Shown: positions 47,932 to 58,357, counted from the stretch's first letter. The stretch is DNA of 64,000 nt from Alphaproteobacteria bacterium (GCA_035509415.1 DATJLQ010000001.1:101-64100); one strand, 5' to 3'. Program-made: numbers and translations. The notes: generated by a model from the sequence alone, not told the origin.

Positions 47932-48679
47932 CGCCGCAGCGCCCGACGCTACGCCGATCCTCGAGCTCGACGGGATCGTCGCGGGCTACGGGGCCATGAC
48001 CATCCTCCACGGCACCTCGTTCAAGGTGCGGCGCGGCGCGATCACCACCGTGATCGGGCCCAACGGCGCGGGGAAGTCGACCGTATTCAAGACCGTGTTC
48101 GGCCTGCTCAAGGCGCGCGCGGGGCGCGTGCTGTTCGACGGCGCCGACGTCACCAACGCGAGCCCGCGCCGCCTTCTCGATCTCGGCATGTGCTACGTGC
48201 CCCAGGGACGCAACATCTTCCCCGAGCTCAGCGTGCGTCATAACATCGAGCTCGGCGCGGTGTCGGCGCGCCGCGACGTCGACGTGGGCGCGCGCGTCGA
48301 CGCGGCGATGGAGCGGTTTCCGGTCTTGAAGCGCAAGGCGGGCCACCAGGCGTCGACCTTGAGCGGCGGCGAGCAGAAGCTGCTCGAGATCGCGCGCGGC
48401 CTGTTGCTCGATCCGAAGCTCATCCTGATCGACGAGCCCTCGATCGGCCTCTCGCCCATCATGGCGGCGGAGACTTTCGCGATCCTCAAGGAGCTGCGCG
48501 CCCAGGGTCGCTCGATCCTCATGGTCGAGCAGAACGCGAAGAGTGCCCTCGGCATTTCGGACGACGGGCTGGTGCTCGAGCTCGGGCGCGCGCGCCTGGC
48601 GGCACCCGCCGCCGCCATGCTCGCCGACCCGCGGGTCGGCCATCTGTTCCTGGGCGGCGCCATGGAGGGGACGGCGTGA
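47921..48679 (+). CDS. ABC transporter ATP-binding protein (LivF-like)
   Basis: Walker A GPNGAGKST and signature LSGGEQK. Confidence 0.9.
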   Translation: MAADAAAPDATPILELDGIVAGYGAMTILHGTSFKVRRGAITTVIGPNGAGKSTVFKTVFGLLKARAGRVLFDGADVTNASPRRLLDLGMCYVPQGRNIFPELSVRHNIELGAVSARRDVDVGARVDAAMERFPVLKRKAGHQASTLSGGEQKLLEIARGLLLDPKLILIDEPSIGLSPIMAAETFAILKELRAQGRSILMVEQNAKSALGISDDGLVLELGRARLAAPAAAMLADPRVGHLFLGGAMEGTA

Positions 48680-49428
48680 GCGGGACCGGCCCGGCATCGG
48701 GGGGAATGGCGGGCCAGGTCGCGATCGTGACCGGCGGAGCGCGCGGCATCGGGCTCGGCATCGCGCGGCGGCTCGCGGCCGAGGGATGCAAGGTCGCGGT
48801 GTGGGACTGGAACCTCGAGCCGCTCGCGGCGGGGGGATACGCGCCCGAGGGCGCGTGGCAGGTCGACGTCACGGACTATGCCGCGGTCGAGCGCGCGGCG
48901 GGCGAGGTTGCGGCGCGGTTCGGCGCCATCCAGATCCTGATCAACAATGCGGGCGTGAACGGGCCGGTCCTGCCGGCCTGGGAATACCCGCTCGGGGAAT
49001 GGCAACGCGTGCTCGCGGTCGACCTGACGGGCGTGTTCCATTGCTGCCGCGCGGTGGTGCCCCATATGCGGAGGAAAGGCTACGGCCGCATCGTCAACAT
49101 CGCCTCCATCGCGGGGAAGGAGGGCATGCCCGGCATTGCCGCCTACTCCGCGGCCAAGGCGGGTGTCATCGGCTTCGCCAAGGCGCTCGCGCGCGAGCTC
49201 GTGACCGCCGGCATCACGGTCAATTGCCTGACGCCGGGGATCACCGAGACCGAGCTGTTCCGCGAGATGACCGAGGAGCACATCGCGAGCGCCAAGAGCC
49301 GCATCCCCATGGGCCGCTTCTGCACGGTTGACGAAATCGCGGCGATGACGGCCTATGTCGCGAGCCCGGAATGCAGCTTTACCACGGGTGCCGTGTTTGA
49401 TCTTTCGGGCGGGCGCGCGACGTATTAA
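48676..49428 (+). CDS. SDR-family oxidoreductase (FabG-like)
   Basis: 250 aa with TGGARGIG and the YSAAK catalytic motif. Translationally coupled to the ABC operon. Confidence 0.9.
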   Translation: MSGTGPASGGMAGQVAIVTGGARGIGLGIARRLAAEGCKVAVWDWNLEPLAAGGYAPEGAWQVDVTDYAAVERAAGEVAARFGAIQILINNAGVNGPVLPAWEYPLGEWQRVLAVDLTGVFHCCRAVVPHMRRKGYGRIVNIASIAGKEGMPGIAAYSAAKAGVIGFAKALARELVTAGITVNCLTPGITETELFREMTEEHIASAKSRIPMGRFCTVDEIAAMTAYVASPECSFTTGAVFDLSGGRATY

Positions 49429-49490
49429 ATAGGCGCTCGGCCGCTCGGCCGTCCCGCCTGTCCGCCGCCCCGCCCCAAGGAGACCCGTGC

Positions 49491-50333
49491 ATGTCCCACC
49501 CCGATCGCTTTCTGCTCGCCGGCGTCATGGGCTGGCCGGTGATGCATTCGCGTTCGCCGAAGCTCCATAATTTCTGGCTTGCCGAGCACAATCTCGCGGG
49601 CGCGTACCTGCCGCTCGCGATCAAGGTCGAGCGGCTCGGGCCCGCGTTGCGCGCCTTGCCGGCGCTCGGCTTTTCCGGCTGCAACCTCACCATCCCCCAC
49701 AAGGTCGCGGCCCTCGACATCGTCGATCGGATCGACCCCGCGGCGAAGCACATGGGCGCGATCAATTGCGTCGTGGTGGAAGCGGACGGCTCGCTCTCCG
49801 GGTTCAACTACGACAGCTTCGGCTACACCCAATGCCTCCGCGAGGCGCACCCCGAGTGGCGCGCGGATGCGGGCCCGATCGCCGTCATGGGCGCCGGCGG
49901 CGGGGCGCGCGCGGTGCTCACCAGCCTCATCGAGCGCGGCGCCAGGGAGATCCGCCTCGCGAACCGCACGCCGTCGCATGCCGAAGCGCTCGCGCGCGAT
50001 CTCGGCGGGCCGATCCGCATCGTCCCATGGTCCGAACGTCACGCAGCACTCGACGGCGCAACGCTCCTGGTCAACGCGACGAGCCAGGGCATGGTCGGAA
50101 ACCCGCCTCTCGATCTCAAGCTCGACAAGCTGCCGAAGGCGGCGCTCGTCTCCGACATCATCTACATTCCGCTCGAGACGCCGCTCCTCGCCGCCGCGCG
50201 CGCGCGCGGCAACATGACGGTCAACGGACTCGGCATGCTGCTCAATCAGGCGCGGCCCGCGTTCAACGCCTGGTTCGGCGTGATGCCCGAGGTGACGCCT
50301 GCGTTGCGCAAGATGATCGAAGCCACGATCTGA
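49491..50333 (+). CDS. aroE: Shikimate dehydrogenase
   Basis: 280 aa with MHSRSPKLHN, NLTIPHK and GAGGGARAV, the classic AroE. Confidence 0.88.
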   Translation: MSHPDRFLLAGVMGWPVMHSRSPKLHNFWLAEHNLAGAYLPLAIKVERLGPALRALPALGFSGCNLTIPHKVAALDIVDRIDPAAKHMGAINCVVVEADGSLSGFNYDSFGYTQCLREAHPEWRADAGPIAVMGAGGGARAVLTSLIERGAREIRLANRTPSHAEALARDLGGPIRIVPWSERHAALDGATLLVNATSQGMVGNPPLDLKLDKLPKAALVSDIIYIPLETPLLAAARARGNMTVNGLGMLLNQARPAFNAWFGVMPEVTPALRKMIEATI

Positions 50334-50357
50334 AGCCCGCGATCTGATGCTCGCGCG

Positions 50358-51983
50358 CTAATGCGCGTCCCGCGGCGGGCCCGCCGTGGACGCCACCTTG
50401 CGTAGGAGCGGCACGAGCGCGGTCGCGAGCGCGAAACAGAGGGCGAGCGCGAAGAACGCGTCGGCATAAGTCTGGGTCTGGGCCTCGCGCCACGTTATTT
50501 GCCAGAGCTGGGCGAGCGCGGCATGGTGCGCGCGCACCGGATCGCCGCCGAGGAACGTCGCATCGTGCGCGGCAAGCGTCGCGAGATAGCGCGCGAGCGC
50601 CGCGTTGGTCGCGTTCAGATGCTCGGCCAGGCGGAGGAAATGGAGGTTGGCGCGGTCGTTGAGGATGGTGCCCGAAAGCGCGATCCCGATCGCACCGCCC
50701 AAATTGCGCATCAGGTTGAACAGGCCCGAGGCGAGCCTCAGGCGCTCGGGCGCCAGGCCGCCGAGCGTCAACGTCACCGCGGGCGCCACCGCGAAGAGCT
50801 GGGCGAAGCCGCGGAACGCCTGGGGCAAAAGCAGCTCGTGCCAGCCCCATTGGCTGGTGATCGAGGTGAAGTCCCACATGCCGATGCCGAAACAGGCAAG
50901 GCCGAACATCATCAGCCATCGGAGATCGACGTAGCGCGTGAGCGTCGTGTAGACCGGGATCGCGACGACCTGGAACAAGCCGGTCGAGAACACGGCGAAG
51001 CCGATGTCGAGGGCGCTCATGCCGCGCACGCGGCCAAGGAAGAGCGGCGTCAGATAGATGGTCGCGAAGATGCCGATGCCGGTCACGAACGAGAAGAAGC
51101 AGCCGAGCGCGAAGTTGCGGCTCTTGAGCGCCCGGAGATCGACCACGGGCTGCGCGTAGGAGAGGCTTCGCAGCACGAACGCGACGCCCGCGATGCCCGA
51201 GATCCACGCGGTCGTCAGGATGGTTCGGTCGCCGAACCAGCCCCAACGCGGCCCTTCTTCCAACGTGTATTCGAGGCAGCCGAGGAAAAGCGCCATGAGC
51301 GCCATGCCGGGATAGTCGGCGCCGCGCAGCAGCCCCCAATTGGGCCGGTCGACGCGCACCAGCGCCGGCACCGCGAAGGTCACGAACAGCCCCGGCACGA
51401 GGTTCACGTAGAACAGCCAGTGCCAGGAATAATGGTCGGTGATCCAGCCGCCGATCGTGGGGCCGAGGGTCGGGGCCAGGGACGCGATGCAGCCGATGAC
51501 CGCGGCCGAAATCACGCGCTGCGGCCCGCGGAAATAGAGGAACGAGGTGGTGAACACGGTCGGGATCATCGAGCCGCCGAGGAAGCCCTGCAACGCGCGG
51601 AACAGGATCATGCTCTCGATGTTCCAGGCCCAGCCGCACAACATGCTGGTCGCCGTGAAGCCCGCGGCCGAAACCGCGAACAGCCAACGCGTGGACATGA
51701 CGCGGCTGAGCCAGCCCGAAAGCGGAATCACCACGATCTCGGCGATGAGATAGCTGGTCTGGACCCAGGCGATTTCGTCGGGCCCGGCCGAGAGGCCGCC
51801 CGCGATGTCGGACAGCGAGGCAGCGACGATCTGGATGTCGAGGAGGGCGATGAAGAAGCCCACGCACATGGCCGAGAAGGCGAATATCTTGGCCGCGGTC
51901 GAAAGCTCGGGCTCGGCCGCGGGCTCGACGCCCACGGGCGCGCGCGGCGCCGCGAGCTTCCCGGCGAGGGTCGCGGCAGTCAT
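50358..51983 (-). CDS. MFS multidrug efflux transporter, DHA2 (EmrB/QacA) family, 14 TM
   Basis: 541 aa with DHA2 motifs. Translationally coupled to the HlyD-family gene. Confidence 0.88.
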   Translation of the reverse strand: MTAATLAGKLAAPRAPVGVEPAAEPELSTAAKIFAFSAMCVGFFIALLDIQIVAASLSDIAGGLSAGPDEIAWVQTSYLIAEIVVIPLSGWLSRVMSTRWLFAVSAAGFTATSMLCGWAWNIESMILFRALQGFLGGSMIPTVFTTSFLYFRGPQRVISAAVIGCIASLAPTLGPTIGGWITDHYSWHWLFYVNLVPGLFVTFAVPALVRVDRPNWGLLRGADYPGMALMALFLGCLEYTLEEGPRWGWFGDRTILTTAWISGIAGVAFVLRSLSYAQPVVDLRALKSRNFALGCFFSFVTGIGIFATIYLTPLFLGRVRGMSALDIGFAVFSTGLFQVVAIPVYTTLTRYVDLRWLMMFGLACFGIGMWDFTSITSQWGWHELLLPQAFRGFAQLFAVAPAVTLTLGGLAPERLRLASGLFNLMRNLGGAIGIALSGTILNDRANLHFLRLAEHLNATNAALARYLATLAAHDATFLGGDPVRAHHAALAQLWQITWREAQTQTYADAFFALALCFALATALVPLLRKVASTAGPPRDAH

Positions 51984-53038
51984 TGCGCCGTGCCTTGGTC
52001 GGCGCGCGGCCGCGTATCGACCTCGACCGTGACCGAGAGCCCCGGGCGCAAAGCGCCCAAGAGCGCGCCCTCGCCGGTCAAGCGGATGCGTACCGGCACG
52101 CGCTGCACGATCTTGGTGAAGTTGCCGGTGGCATTCTCCGGCGGCAGCAAGCTGAAGAGAGCACCGCTCGCCGGCGCGAAGCTCTCGACATAGCCGCGCA
52201 GCGTCTTGCCCGGCAAAGCATCGACGGTGACGCTGACCGGCTGCCCCGGCCGGATGCCGGCGAGCTGCGTCTCCTTGAAGTTGGCGACGACATAGACGTT
52301 GGGCAGCGGCACCAGCGCCAGCAGCAAGGTGCCGGGCTTGACCAGCTGGCCGATCTCGACGCCCTTATTGCCGACGACGCCGTCGATCGGCGCGCGGATC
52401 ACGGTGTCGTCGAGATCGTTCTTCGCCAGCTGCAACGCCGCCTCCGCCTGCTTTACCTTCGCCTGATCCTGCACGCGCTCGGCATCCAGCACGGCGAGCT
52501 GATCGCGCTCGGCGGCGAGCGCGGCGCGGGCGCGATTCATGCCGGCATCGGCCTTCTCGGCATCGGCCTCGGCGGATTCGAATTTCTGCCGGCTCGCCAC
52601 ATCCATCTTGCTGAGATTGCGCTGGCGCGTCAGCTCGAGCTGAGAGCGGTGCAGCTCCGCCTCGGCGCTCGCCACCGCGGCAGCGGCCTGCTCGATCACC
52701 GCCTTTTGCCAGTTGCGGCGGGTTTCGAGCATGGCGAGCGCGGCGTGCGCGGCATCGCGGCTGCCGCGCGCCTGATCGGCGCGCGCGGTGAAATCGCGAT
52801 CGTCGATCACCACCAGGACATCGCCGGCCTTCACCTGCTGATTGTCGGTGACGTGCACCTCGCGCACATAGCCTTCGACCTTGGGGCTGATGGCAGAGAT
52901 ATCGGCCTGCACGAAAGCGTCGTCGGTCGATTCGATGAAGCGCCCCACGCGCCACCAATAGGCGGCGCCCGCCGTGCCGGCGGCGATGAGCGCGACCAGG
53001 ACCAGAATCCCCCAGGGCTTCCGCATGTGCGACTTCAA
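51980..53038 (-). CDS. HlyD/EmrA-family membrane fusion protein
   Basis: 352 aa with N-terminal TM, coiled-coil and lipoyl/beta-barrel domains. Confidence 0.88.
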   Translation of the reverse strand: MKSHMRKPWGILVLVALIAAGTAGAAYWWRVGRFIESTDDAFVQADISAISPKVEGYVREVHVTDNQQVKAGDVLVVIDDRDFTARADQARGSRDAAHAALAMLETRRNWQKAVIEQAAAAVASAEAELHRSQLELTRQRNLSKMDVASRQKFESAEADAEKADAGMNRARAALAAERDQLAVLDAERVQDQAKVKQAEAALQLAKNDLDDTVIRAPIDGVVGNKGVEIGQLVKPGTLLLALVPLPNVYVVANFKETQLAGIRPGQPVSVTVDALPGKTLRGYVESFAPASGALFSLLPPENATGNFTKIVQRVPVRIRLTGEGALLGALRPGLSVTVEVDTRPRADQGTAQ

Positions 53039-53206
53039 CCTCCCGCCGATGCCCGGCCGCTGTCCGCGGCTCTTGGACCCACGTCACAATGGGGCACGGG
53101 ATGAAATCCCGTCAAGGTAGTGTGGCGAAAGACTGACTCCCGATTTATAGCTTTCGAGATATCGGCCGAAACACCTCAACCCTTACGCGCTAAAGGCGAC
53201 CGCAGA

Positions 53207-54082
53207 TCAATCGGCGTCGCCCTGCGTCGCGCTGCGGCGGAAGGGATGGCCGGGATAAACCCCGAGAATGCGCACCTCGCGCGAGAAGAAGCGCAGCTCC
53301 TCGAGTGCGAGCTTCAGCGGCCGATCCTCCGGATGCGCTTCGACATCGGCGTAGAACTGCGTGGCGGTGAAGCGGCCGCCCAGCATGTAGCTTTCGAGCT
53401 TGGTCATGTTGACGCCGTTGGTGGCGAAGCCGCCCAACGCCTTGTAGAGCGCCGCCGGCACGTTGCGCACGCGAAAGACGAAGGTGGTGACGATGAGGCC
53501 GCTGCCGGGCTTCGCCAGCTTCGGCGCGCGCGACATGACCAGAAAGCGGGTGGTGTTGTGCTCGGCATCCTCGATATTCGCCTTGAGCGAAACCAGGCCA
53601 TAGATCTTGCCGGCCAGCGCCGAGGCGATCGCGGCTTCGCTGGGATCGCCGCGCTCGGCCACCTCGGCGGCAGCGCCGGCCGTATCGGCGGCGACCACCG
53701 CTTTGATCCCGAGCTCGCGGATGAGCTTGCGACATTGCGACAGCGCGTGGACATGGCTGCGCACCACCTTCAGTCCTTTGAGCGTCGCGCCCTTCGGCGC
53801 CAGCAGGTGATGGTTCACGCGCTGGAAATGCTCGCCGATGATGTGCAGGCCCGATTCCGGCATCAGGTGATGGATGTCGGCGACGCGCCCAGCCACCGAG
53901 TTCTCGATCGGCAGCATGCCGTAGCGCGCGCGGCCGCGCCGCACCGCCGCGATCGCCGCTTCGAAATCGACGCAAGGCAGCGTCGTGAGGCGCGGAAAGA
54001 CCTCGCGGCAGGCGAGATCGGAATAAGCGCCCCACGCACCTTGAAAGGCGATCAGCGAAGCCGGGTTCTGGCGAGAGGTCAT
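53207..54082 (-). CDS. pheA: Prephenate dehydratase
   Basis: 291 aa with a PDT domain (TRF, ESRP-like motifs) and C-terminal ACT domain. Confidence 0.9.
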   Translation of the reverse strand: MTSRQNPASLIAFQGAWGAYSDLACREVFPRLTTLPCVDFEAAIAAVRRGRARYGMLPIENSVAGRVADIHHLMPESGLHIIGEHFQRVNHHLLAPKGATLKGLKVVRSHVHALSQCRKLIRELGIKAVVAADTAGAAAEVAERGDPSEAAIASALAGKIYGLVSLKANIEDAEHNTTRFLVMSRAPKLAKPGSGLIVTTFVFRVRNVPAALYKALGGFATNGVNMTKLESYMLGGRFTATQFYADVEAHPEDRPLKLALEELRFFSREVRILGVYPGHPFRRSATQGDAD

Positions 54083-54882
54083 TCTGGACGAGGCGGGAAG
54101 CCGACCGGCGCGAGCAGCTCACGCGCGCGGGCAAGCTCGGCCGGAGTATCGACACCGAAGGGAAAGGTGTCAACGAGCGCGAGGTCGATGCGCATGCCCG
54201 CCTGCAGCGCACGCAGCTGCTCGAGGTTCTCGCGCTGCTCCAGCAGCGCGGCCGGCAGCGCAACGAAGCGCTCGAGCGCGGCACGGCGATAGGCGTAGAT
54301 GCCGATATGGTGGTAGTGGTCGCCCGCGCCCGAGGGCACCGGCAGTCGGCTGAAATAGAGCGCGCGGGCGATGCGCTGCCCGGCGGCGAAACCGGCGGCG
54401 GCCTTCACCGCATTCGGGTTGTCGCGCTCATCCGCGTCGCGAATCCGGCAGGCGAGCGTGGCGATATCGACCTCGGGATCGGCAAGCGGCGCCAGCACGG
54501 CGCGGATCGCCGCGGGATCGATCATGGGAAAATCACCCTGGAGATTGACGACGACGTCGTGGCGGCGGTCGGGGTCGCTCTGCGCCAGCGCTTCGAAAAT
54601 CCGGTCGGAGCCCGAGGCGTGATCGGGCCGAGTCAGCACCGCCCTGCCGCCGGCGCGCTCGACCGCGGCCTTGATCTCGGCCTCGGCGCAAGCGACCAGC
54701 ACCGGACCGATCGCCGCCGCCTCGGCGCGACGCAACACATGGACGATCATCGGCTGCCCAGCGATATCGGCGAGCGGCTTGCCCGGAAGCCGCTTCGCGG
54801 CCATGCGCGCGGGGATCACCACGATCGGTCGAAAGCTCGGCACGGGAAGGCTCAAAGGGCTCCTTTTCTCGGCCCGACCCAA
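54079..54882 (-). CDS. kdsB: 3-deoxy-manno-octulosonate cytidylyltransferase (CMP-KDO synthetase)
   Basis: 267 aa with IVVIPARMAAKRLPGKPL. ATGA overlap with pheA. Confidence 0.9.
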   Translation of the reverse strand: MGRAEKRSPLSLPVPSFRPIVVIPARMAAKRLPGKPLADIAGQPMIVHVLRRAEAAAIGPVLVACAEAEIKAAVERAGGRAVLTRPDHASGSDRIFEALAQSDPDRRHDVVVNLQGDFPMIDPAAIRAVLAPLADPEVDIATLACRIRDADERDNPNAVKAAAGFAAGQRIARALYFSRLPVPSGAGDHYHHIGIYAYRRAALERFVALPAALLEQRENLEQLRALQAGMRIDLALVDTFPFGVDTPAELARARELLAPVGFPPRPE

Positions 54883-54941
54883 CGCCTCGTTGCGGCGTTA
54901 TGCCGCACGAAAACCGGGGCGGGCAGCGCATCGGGCAAGCT

Positions 54942-54977
54942 ATTGTCCGGCCGCTTCAATTGTCCCGCCGCTTCAAT
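54942..54977 (+). repeat. Tandem direct repeat (2 x about 17-18 bp) upstream of the cytochrome c gene
   Basis: ATTGTCCGGCCGCTTCAAT followed by ATTGTCCCGCCGCTTCAAT (1 mismatch). Lies 75-110 nt upstream of ATG 55053. Confidence 0.45.
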
Positions 54978-55052
54978 CACATTTCGTTTGAGTTGTCAGC
55001 GAAATTCCGTTTTTCTCCGCCGCTGGAACAGCTTGCCCGAGGGATAGGGGGA

Positions 55053-55601
55053 ATGTCGTCTTTCGATTGGAACAAAGTCATCGGTGCGGTCCTCGCCTCG
55101 ATGATCCTGGCCATGGTCTCGGGCATCATTGCCGGCAATCTGGTCAAGCCGACCATTCCGGCAAAGCCCGCCTATGTCGTCGCCGGCGCGGCGCAGCCGG
55201 CTGAGACGCAGGCCGCCGCTCCCGCGGAAGCCGGACCCGAGCCGATCGCGCCGCTGCTGGCCAAGGCCGATCCCAAGCAGGGTGAGGCGGAGACGAAGCC
55301 GTGCCAGGTCTGCCATACCTTCAACAAGGGCGGCCCCAACCGCATCGGCCCCAACCTCTACGCGGTTTTCGACCAGCCGATCGCCGAGGACCGCAATGGC
55401 TACGAGTTCTCGGAAGCGCTCTCCAAGCACAAGGGCGACAAATGGACGGTCGACAACCTGAACAAGTGGCTGTTTAAACCGTCGGGCTTCGCTCCGGGGA
55501 CCAAGATGACCTTCGTCGGCCTGCCCAAGGCGCAGGACCGTGCGGACGTCGTCGCCTATCTCAATACGCTGAGCGACAAGCCAGAGACTCTCGGCAAGTA
55601 G
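55053..55601 (+). CDS. Membrane-anchored cytochrome c (CycM-like, class I)
   Basis: N-terminal TM anchor, heme-binding CQVCH, and distal Met in MTFVGL. Confidence 0.8.
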   Translation: MSSFDWNKVIGAVLASMILAMVSGIIAGNLVKPTIPAKPAYVVAGAAQPAETQAAAPAEAGPEPIAPLLAKADPKQGEAETKPCQVCHTFNKGGPNRIGPNLYAVFDQPIAEDRNGYEFSEALSKHKGDKWTVDNLNKWLFKPSGFAPGTKMTFVGLPKAQDRADVVAYLNTLSDKPETLGK

Positions 55602-55615
55602 CGCGGACGGGCGGC

Positions 55616-56401
55616 ATGACGGAAGAGGTCAGCGCCGCCCATATCGCCCTCGCCGAGGCGCTGGCAGACGCGGCGGGCGCGATCATCCGCGGCCATTTCC
55701 GCCAGCCGATCGCGGTCGACGAAAAGAGCGACCAAACCCCCGTCACCATCGCCGACCGCGCGGCGGAAGCGGCGATGCGCGCGCTCATCGAGCAGCGCTT
55801 CCCCGAGCACGGCATCATCGGCGAGGAGCATGGCAGCACGCGCGCAGAAGCCGAGCATGTCTGGGTGCTCGATCCCATCGACGGCACCAAATCCTTCATC
55901 AGCGGCATCCCGCTGTTCGGCACGCTTATCGCCTTGACCCGCCGCGGGCGGCCGGTGCTCGGCGTCATCGACCAGCCGATCCTGCGCGAGCGTTGGCTCG
56001 GCGCCGAAGGGCGCGCGACCACGCTGAACGGCGCCCCGGTGCGCGCGCGCGCCTGCGCCGCGCTCGACCGGGCGACGCTGTTCTCGACCGCGCCCGAGCT
56101 CATGTTCCAGGGCGCCGACGCGGCGGGGTTCGCGCGGCTGCGCGCCGCGGTGAAGCTGGTCCGCGCCGGCGGCGATTGCTACGCCTACGCGCAGCTCGCG
56201 AGCGGCTTCATCGATCTCGTCGTCGAGGCGCAGCTCAAGCCATACGATTATTGCGCGCTGGCGCCGGTGATTGCCGGCGCGGGCGGCACGATCACCGATT
56301 GGCAGGGGCGCACGCTCGATCTTGCCGCCGATGGCCGCGTGATCGCCTGCGGCGACCCTGCCCTCGCCGCGCCGGCGCGGGCGCTGCTCGCCGGCGGTTG
56401 A
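55616..56401 (+). CDS. Inositol-monophosphatase-family protein (histidinol-phosphatase HisN-like)
   Basis: 261 aa with IMPase motifs (WVLDPIDGT, GGDCYAY). Confidence 0.8.
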   Translation: MTEEVSAAHIALAEALADAAGAIIRGHFRQPIAVDEKSDQTPVTIADRAAEAAMRALIEQRFPEHGIIGEEHGSTRAEAEHVWVLDPIDGTKSFISGIPLFGTLIALTRRGRPVLGVIDQPILRERWLGAEGRATTLNGAPVRARACAALDRATLFSTAPELMFQGADAAGFARLRAAVKLVRAGGDCYAYAQLASGFIDLVVEAQLKPYDYCALAPVIAGAGGTITDWQGRTLDLAADGRVIACGDPALAAPARALLAGG

Positions 56402-56482
56402 ACGACCGCGCCTCGCAATCGCGCTGTCGCGGCCGGCGCTTTCCACTAAAGTGTCACGCAACGAGATTCGAAGGAACGCTTC

Positions 56483-58357
56483 ATGCGCGTCGTGCTCGCC
56501 GCTCTCATCGCCTTGATCTTTGCCCTGCCGGCCGCCGCGGCCGATCCCGGTGGGCCCAGCTACGGCATGTCGCTCTTCGGCGACCCGCTCAAATATCCGC
56601 CCAACTTCACCCATTTCGACTACGTCAACCCCGACGCGCCCAAGGGCGGCAGCGTGCGCTTCGGCGATCTCGGCACCTTCGACAATCTCAACCCCTTCAT
56701 CCTGCGCGGCGTTTCTTATATTCGCTTTGCCGATTCCATGGTCGGCGTCGGCGCAATGTACGACAGCCTGATGGCCGGCGCTTTGGACGAGCCCAACGCC
56801 GCTTACGGCCTCATCGCCGAGACCGTCGAGCTGGCGCCGGACCGCAGCTCGATCATCTTCAACCTGCGCCCTGAGGCTCGCTTCCAGGACGGCAGCCCGA
56901 TCACCGCCGCGGATGTCTGCTGGACCTACGACACGCTGATCAGCAAAGGCGCGCCGGTGTTTCGCATCGAATTCGCCAATGTCGACAAATGCCAGGTGCA
57001 GGGCCCGCACCGCGTCGAATTCTTGTTCAAGAACGGCAGTGACCGCGATCTGCCGATGCAGGTCGCGGGGCTTCCCGTGCTGCCGCAGAAATGGTGGCAG
57101 GGGCGCGATTTCAGCCAGCCGACGCTCGACATCCCGCTCGGCAGCGGCGCCTACCGCATCACGGCCGTCGATCCCGGCCGCTCCATCACCTATGAGCGGG
57201 TGAAGGATTACTGGGCCAAGGATCTGCCGGTGAACAAGGGCTCGAACAATTTCGACACCATCCGCGTCGACTACTACCGCGACATGTCGGTGATGTTCGA
57301 GGCTCTGAAAGCCGGGCAGATCGACGTGCGCGGCGAGTACACGGCCAAGGATTGGGAGACGCTCTACGATTTCCCGGCGGTCAAGGACGGCATGGTGATC
57401 AAGGCGCAGGTGCATCACGAAGTACCGCAGGGCATGCAAGGCTTCATCTTCAACACCAGGCGGCCGATCTTCAGCGACCGCCGCGTGCGCCGCGCCATCG
57501 GCTATCTCTTCGATTTCGAATGGACCAACAAGAACATCCTCTACGACGCCTATAAGCGCACCAAGAGCTATTGGGAGAATTCCGATCTCGCCGCGCGGGG
57601 CCTGCCGCAGGGCGAGGAGCTGAAGCTGCTCGAGGGCTATCGCGGCCGGATTCCGGACGAGATCTTCACCACCGCCTACGAGCCGCCCGTCTATGACGGC
57701 AGCGGCGACATCCGCCCCGGCATCCGCGAGGCGCTGAAGCTCTTCCAGGAGGCGGGCTGGAGCATCAAGAACGGCAGGCTGGTCAACGACAAGACCGGGC
57801 AGCCCTTCACCTTCGAGTTCCTGAGCGACGAGCCGCGGATGGAGAAGGTGGTTCTGCCCTTCCTCGACAATTTGAAGCGCGTCGGCATCTTCGCGCAGCT
57901 GCGCAACATCGACGCGGCGCAGTACGAGAACCGCCGACGCAACTACGATTTCGACATGATCAGCGTGCGCTACAACGCGTCGCTGTCGCCCGGCACCGAG
58001 CTGCGCGAGTTTTTCGGCAGCGCGGCCGCCGACGAGCCGGACAGCGCCAATACCTCAGGCATCAAGGATCCCGTCGTCGACGACCTCGTCGAGCGGGCGA
58101 TCAAGGCGAAGTCGCGCGCCGCGCTGGTGCCGATCATCCACGCGCTCGACCGCGTCCTGCTGTTCGGCTACTACGTCGTGCCGAACTGGTATTCGGATTA
58201 TTACCGCGTCGCCTATTGGAACAAGTTCGGCATGCCCAAGGTGCAGCCGAAATATGCCAGCTCCGCCGCCGCGGTGATCAACGACTGGTGGATCGACCCG
58301 AGCAAGGAGCAGCAGGTCTCCGCGCGCCAGGCGCACGCCGGACCCGCGGCGCATTAG
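56483..58357 (+). CDS. yejA: ABC transporter substrate-binding protein, family 5 (YejA-like peptide/microcin C binding protein)
   Basis: 624 aa with signal peptide and SBP_bac_5 architecture. Confidence 0.8.
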   Translation: MRVVLAALIALIFALPAAAADPGGPSYGMSLFGDPLKYPPNFTHFDYVNPDAPKGGSVRFGDLGTFDNLNPFILRGVSYIRFADSMVGVGAMYDSLMAGALDEPNAAYGLIAETVELAPDRSSIIFNLRPEARFQDGSPITAADVCWTYDTLISKGAPVFRIEFANVDKCQVQGPHRVEFLFKNGSDRDLPMQVAGLPVLPQKWWQGRDFSQPTLDIPLGSGAYRITAVDPGRSITYERVKDYWAKDLPVNKGSNNFDTIRVDYYRDMSVMFEALKAGQIDVRGEYTAKDWETLYDFPAVKDGMVIKAQVHHEVPQGMQGFIFNTRRPIFSDRRVRRAIGYLFDFEWTNKNILYDAYKRTKSYWENSDLAARGLPQGEELKLLEGYRGRIPDEIFTTAYEPPVYDGSGDIRPGIREALKLFQEAGWSIKNGRLVNDKTGQPFTFEFLSDEPRMEKVVLPFLDNLKRVGIFAQLRNIDAAQYENRRRNYDFDMISVRYNASLSPGTELREFFGSAAADEPDSANTSGIKDPVVDDLVERAIKAKSRAALVPIIHALDRVLLFGYYVVPNWYSDYYRVAYWNKFGMPKVQPKYASSAAAVINDWWIDPSKEQQVSARQAHAGPAAH

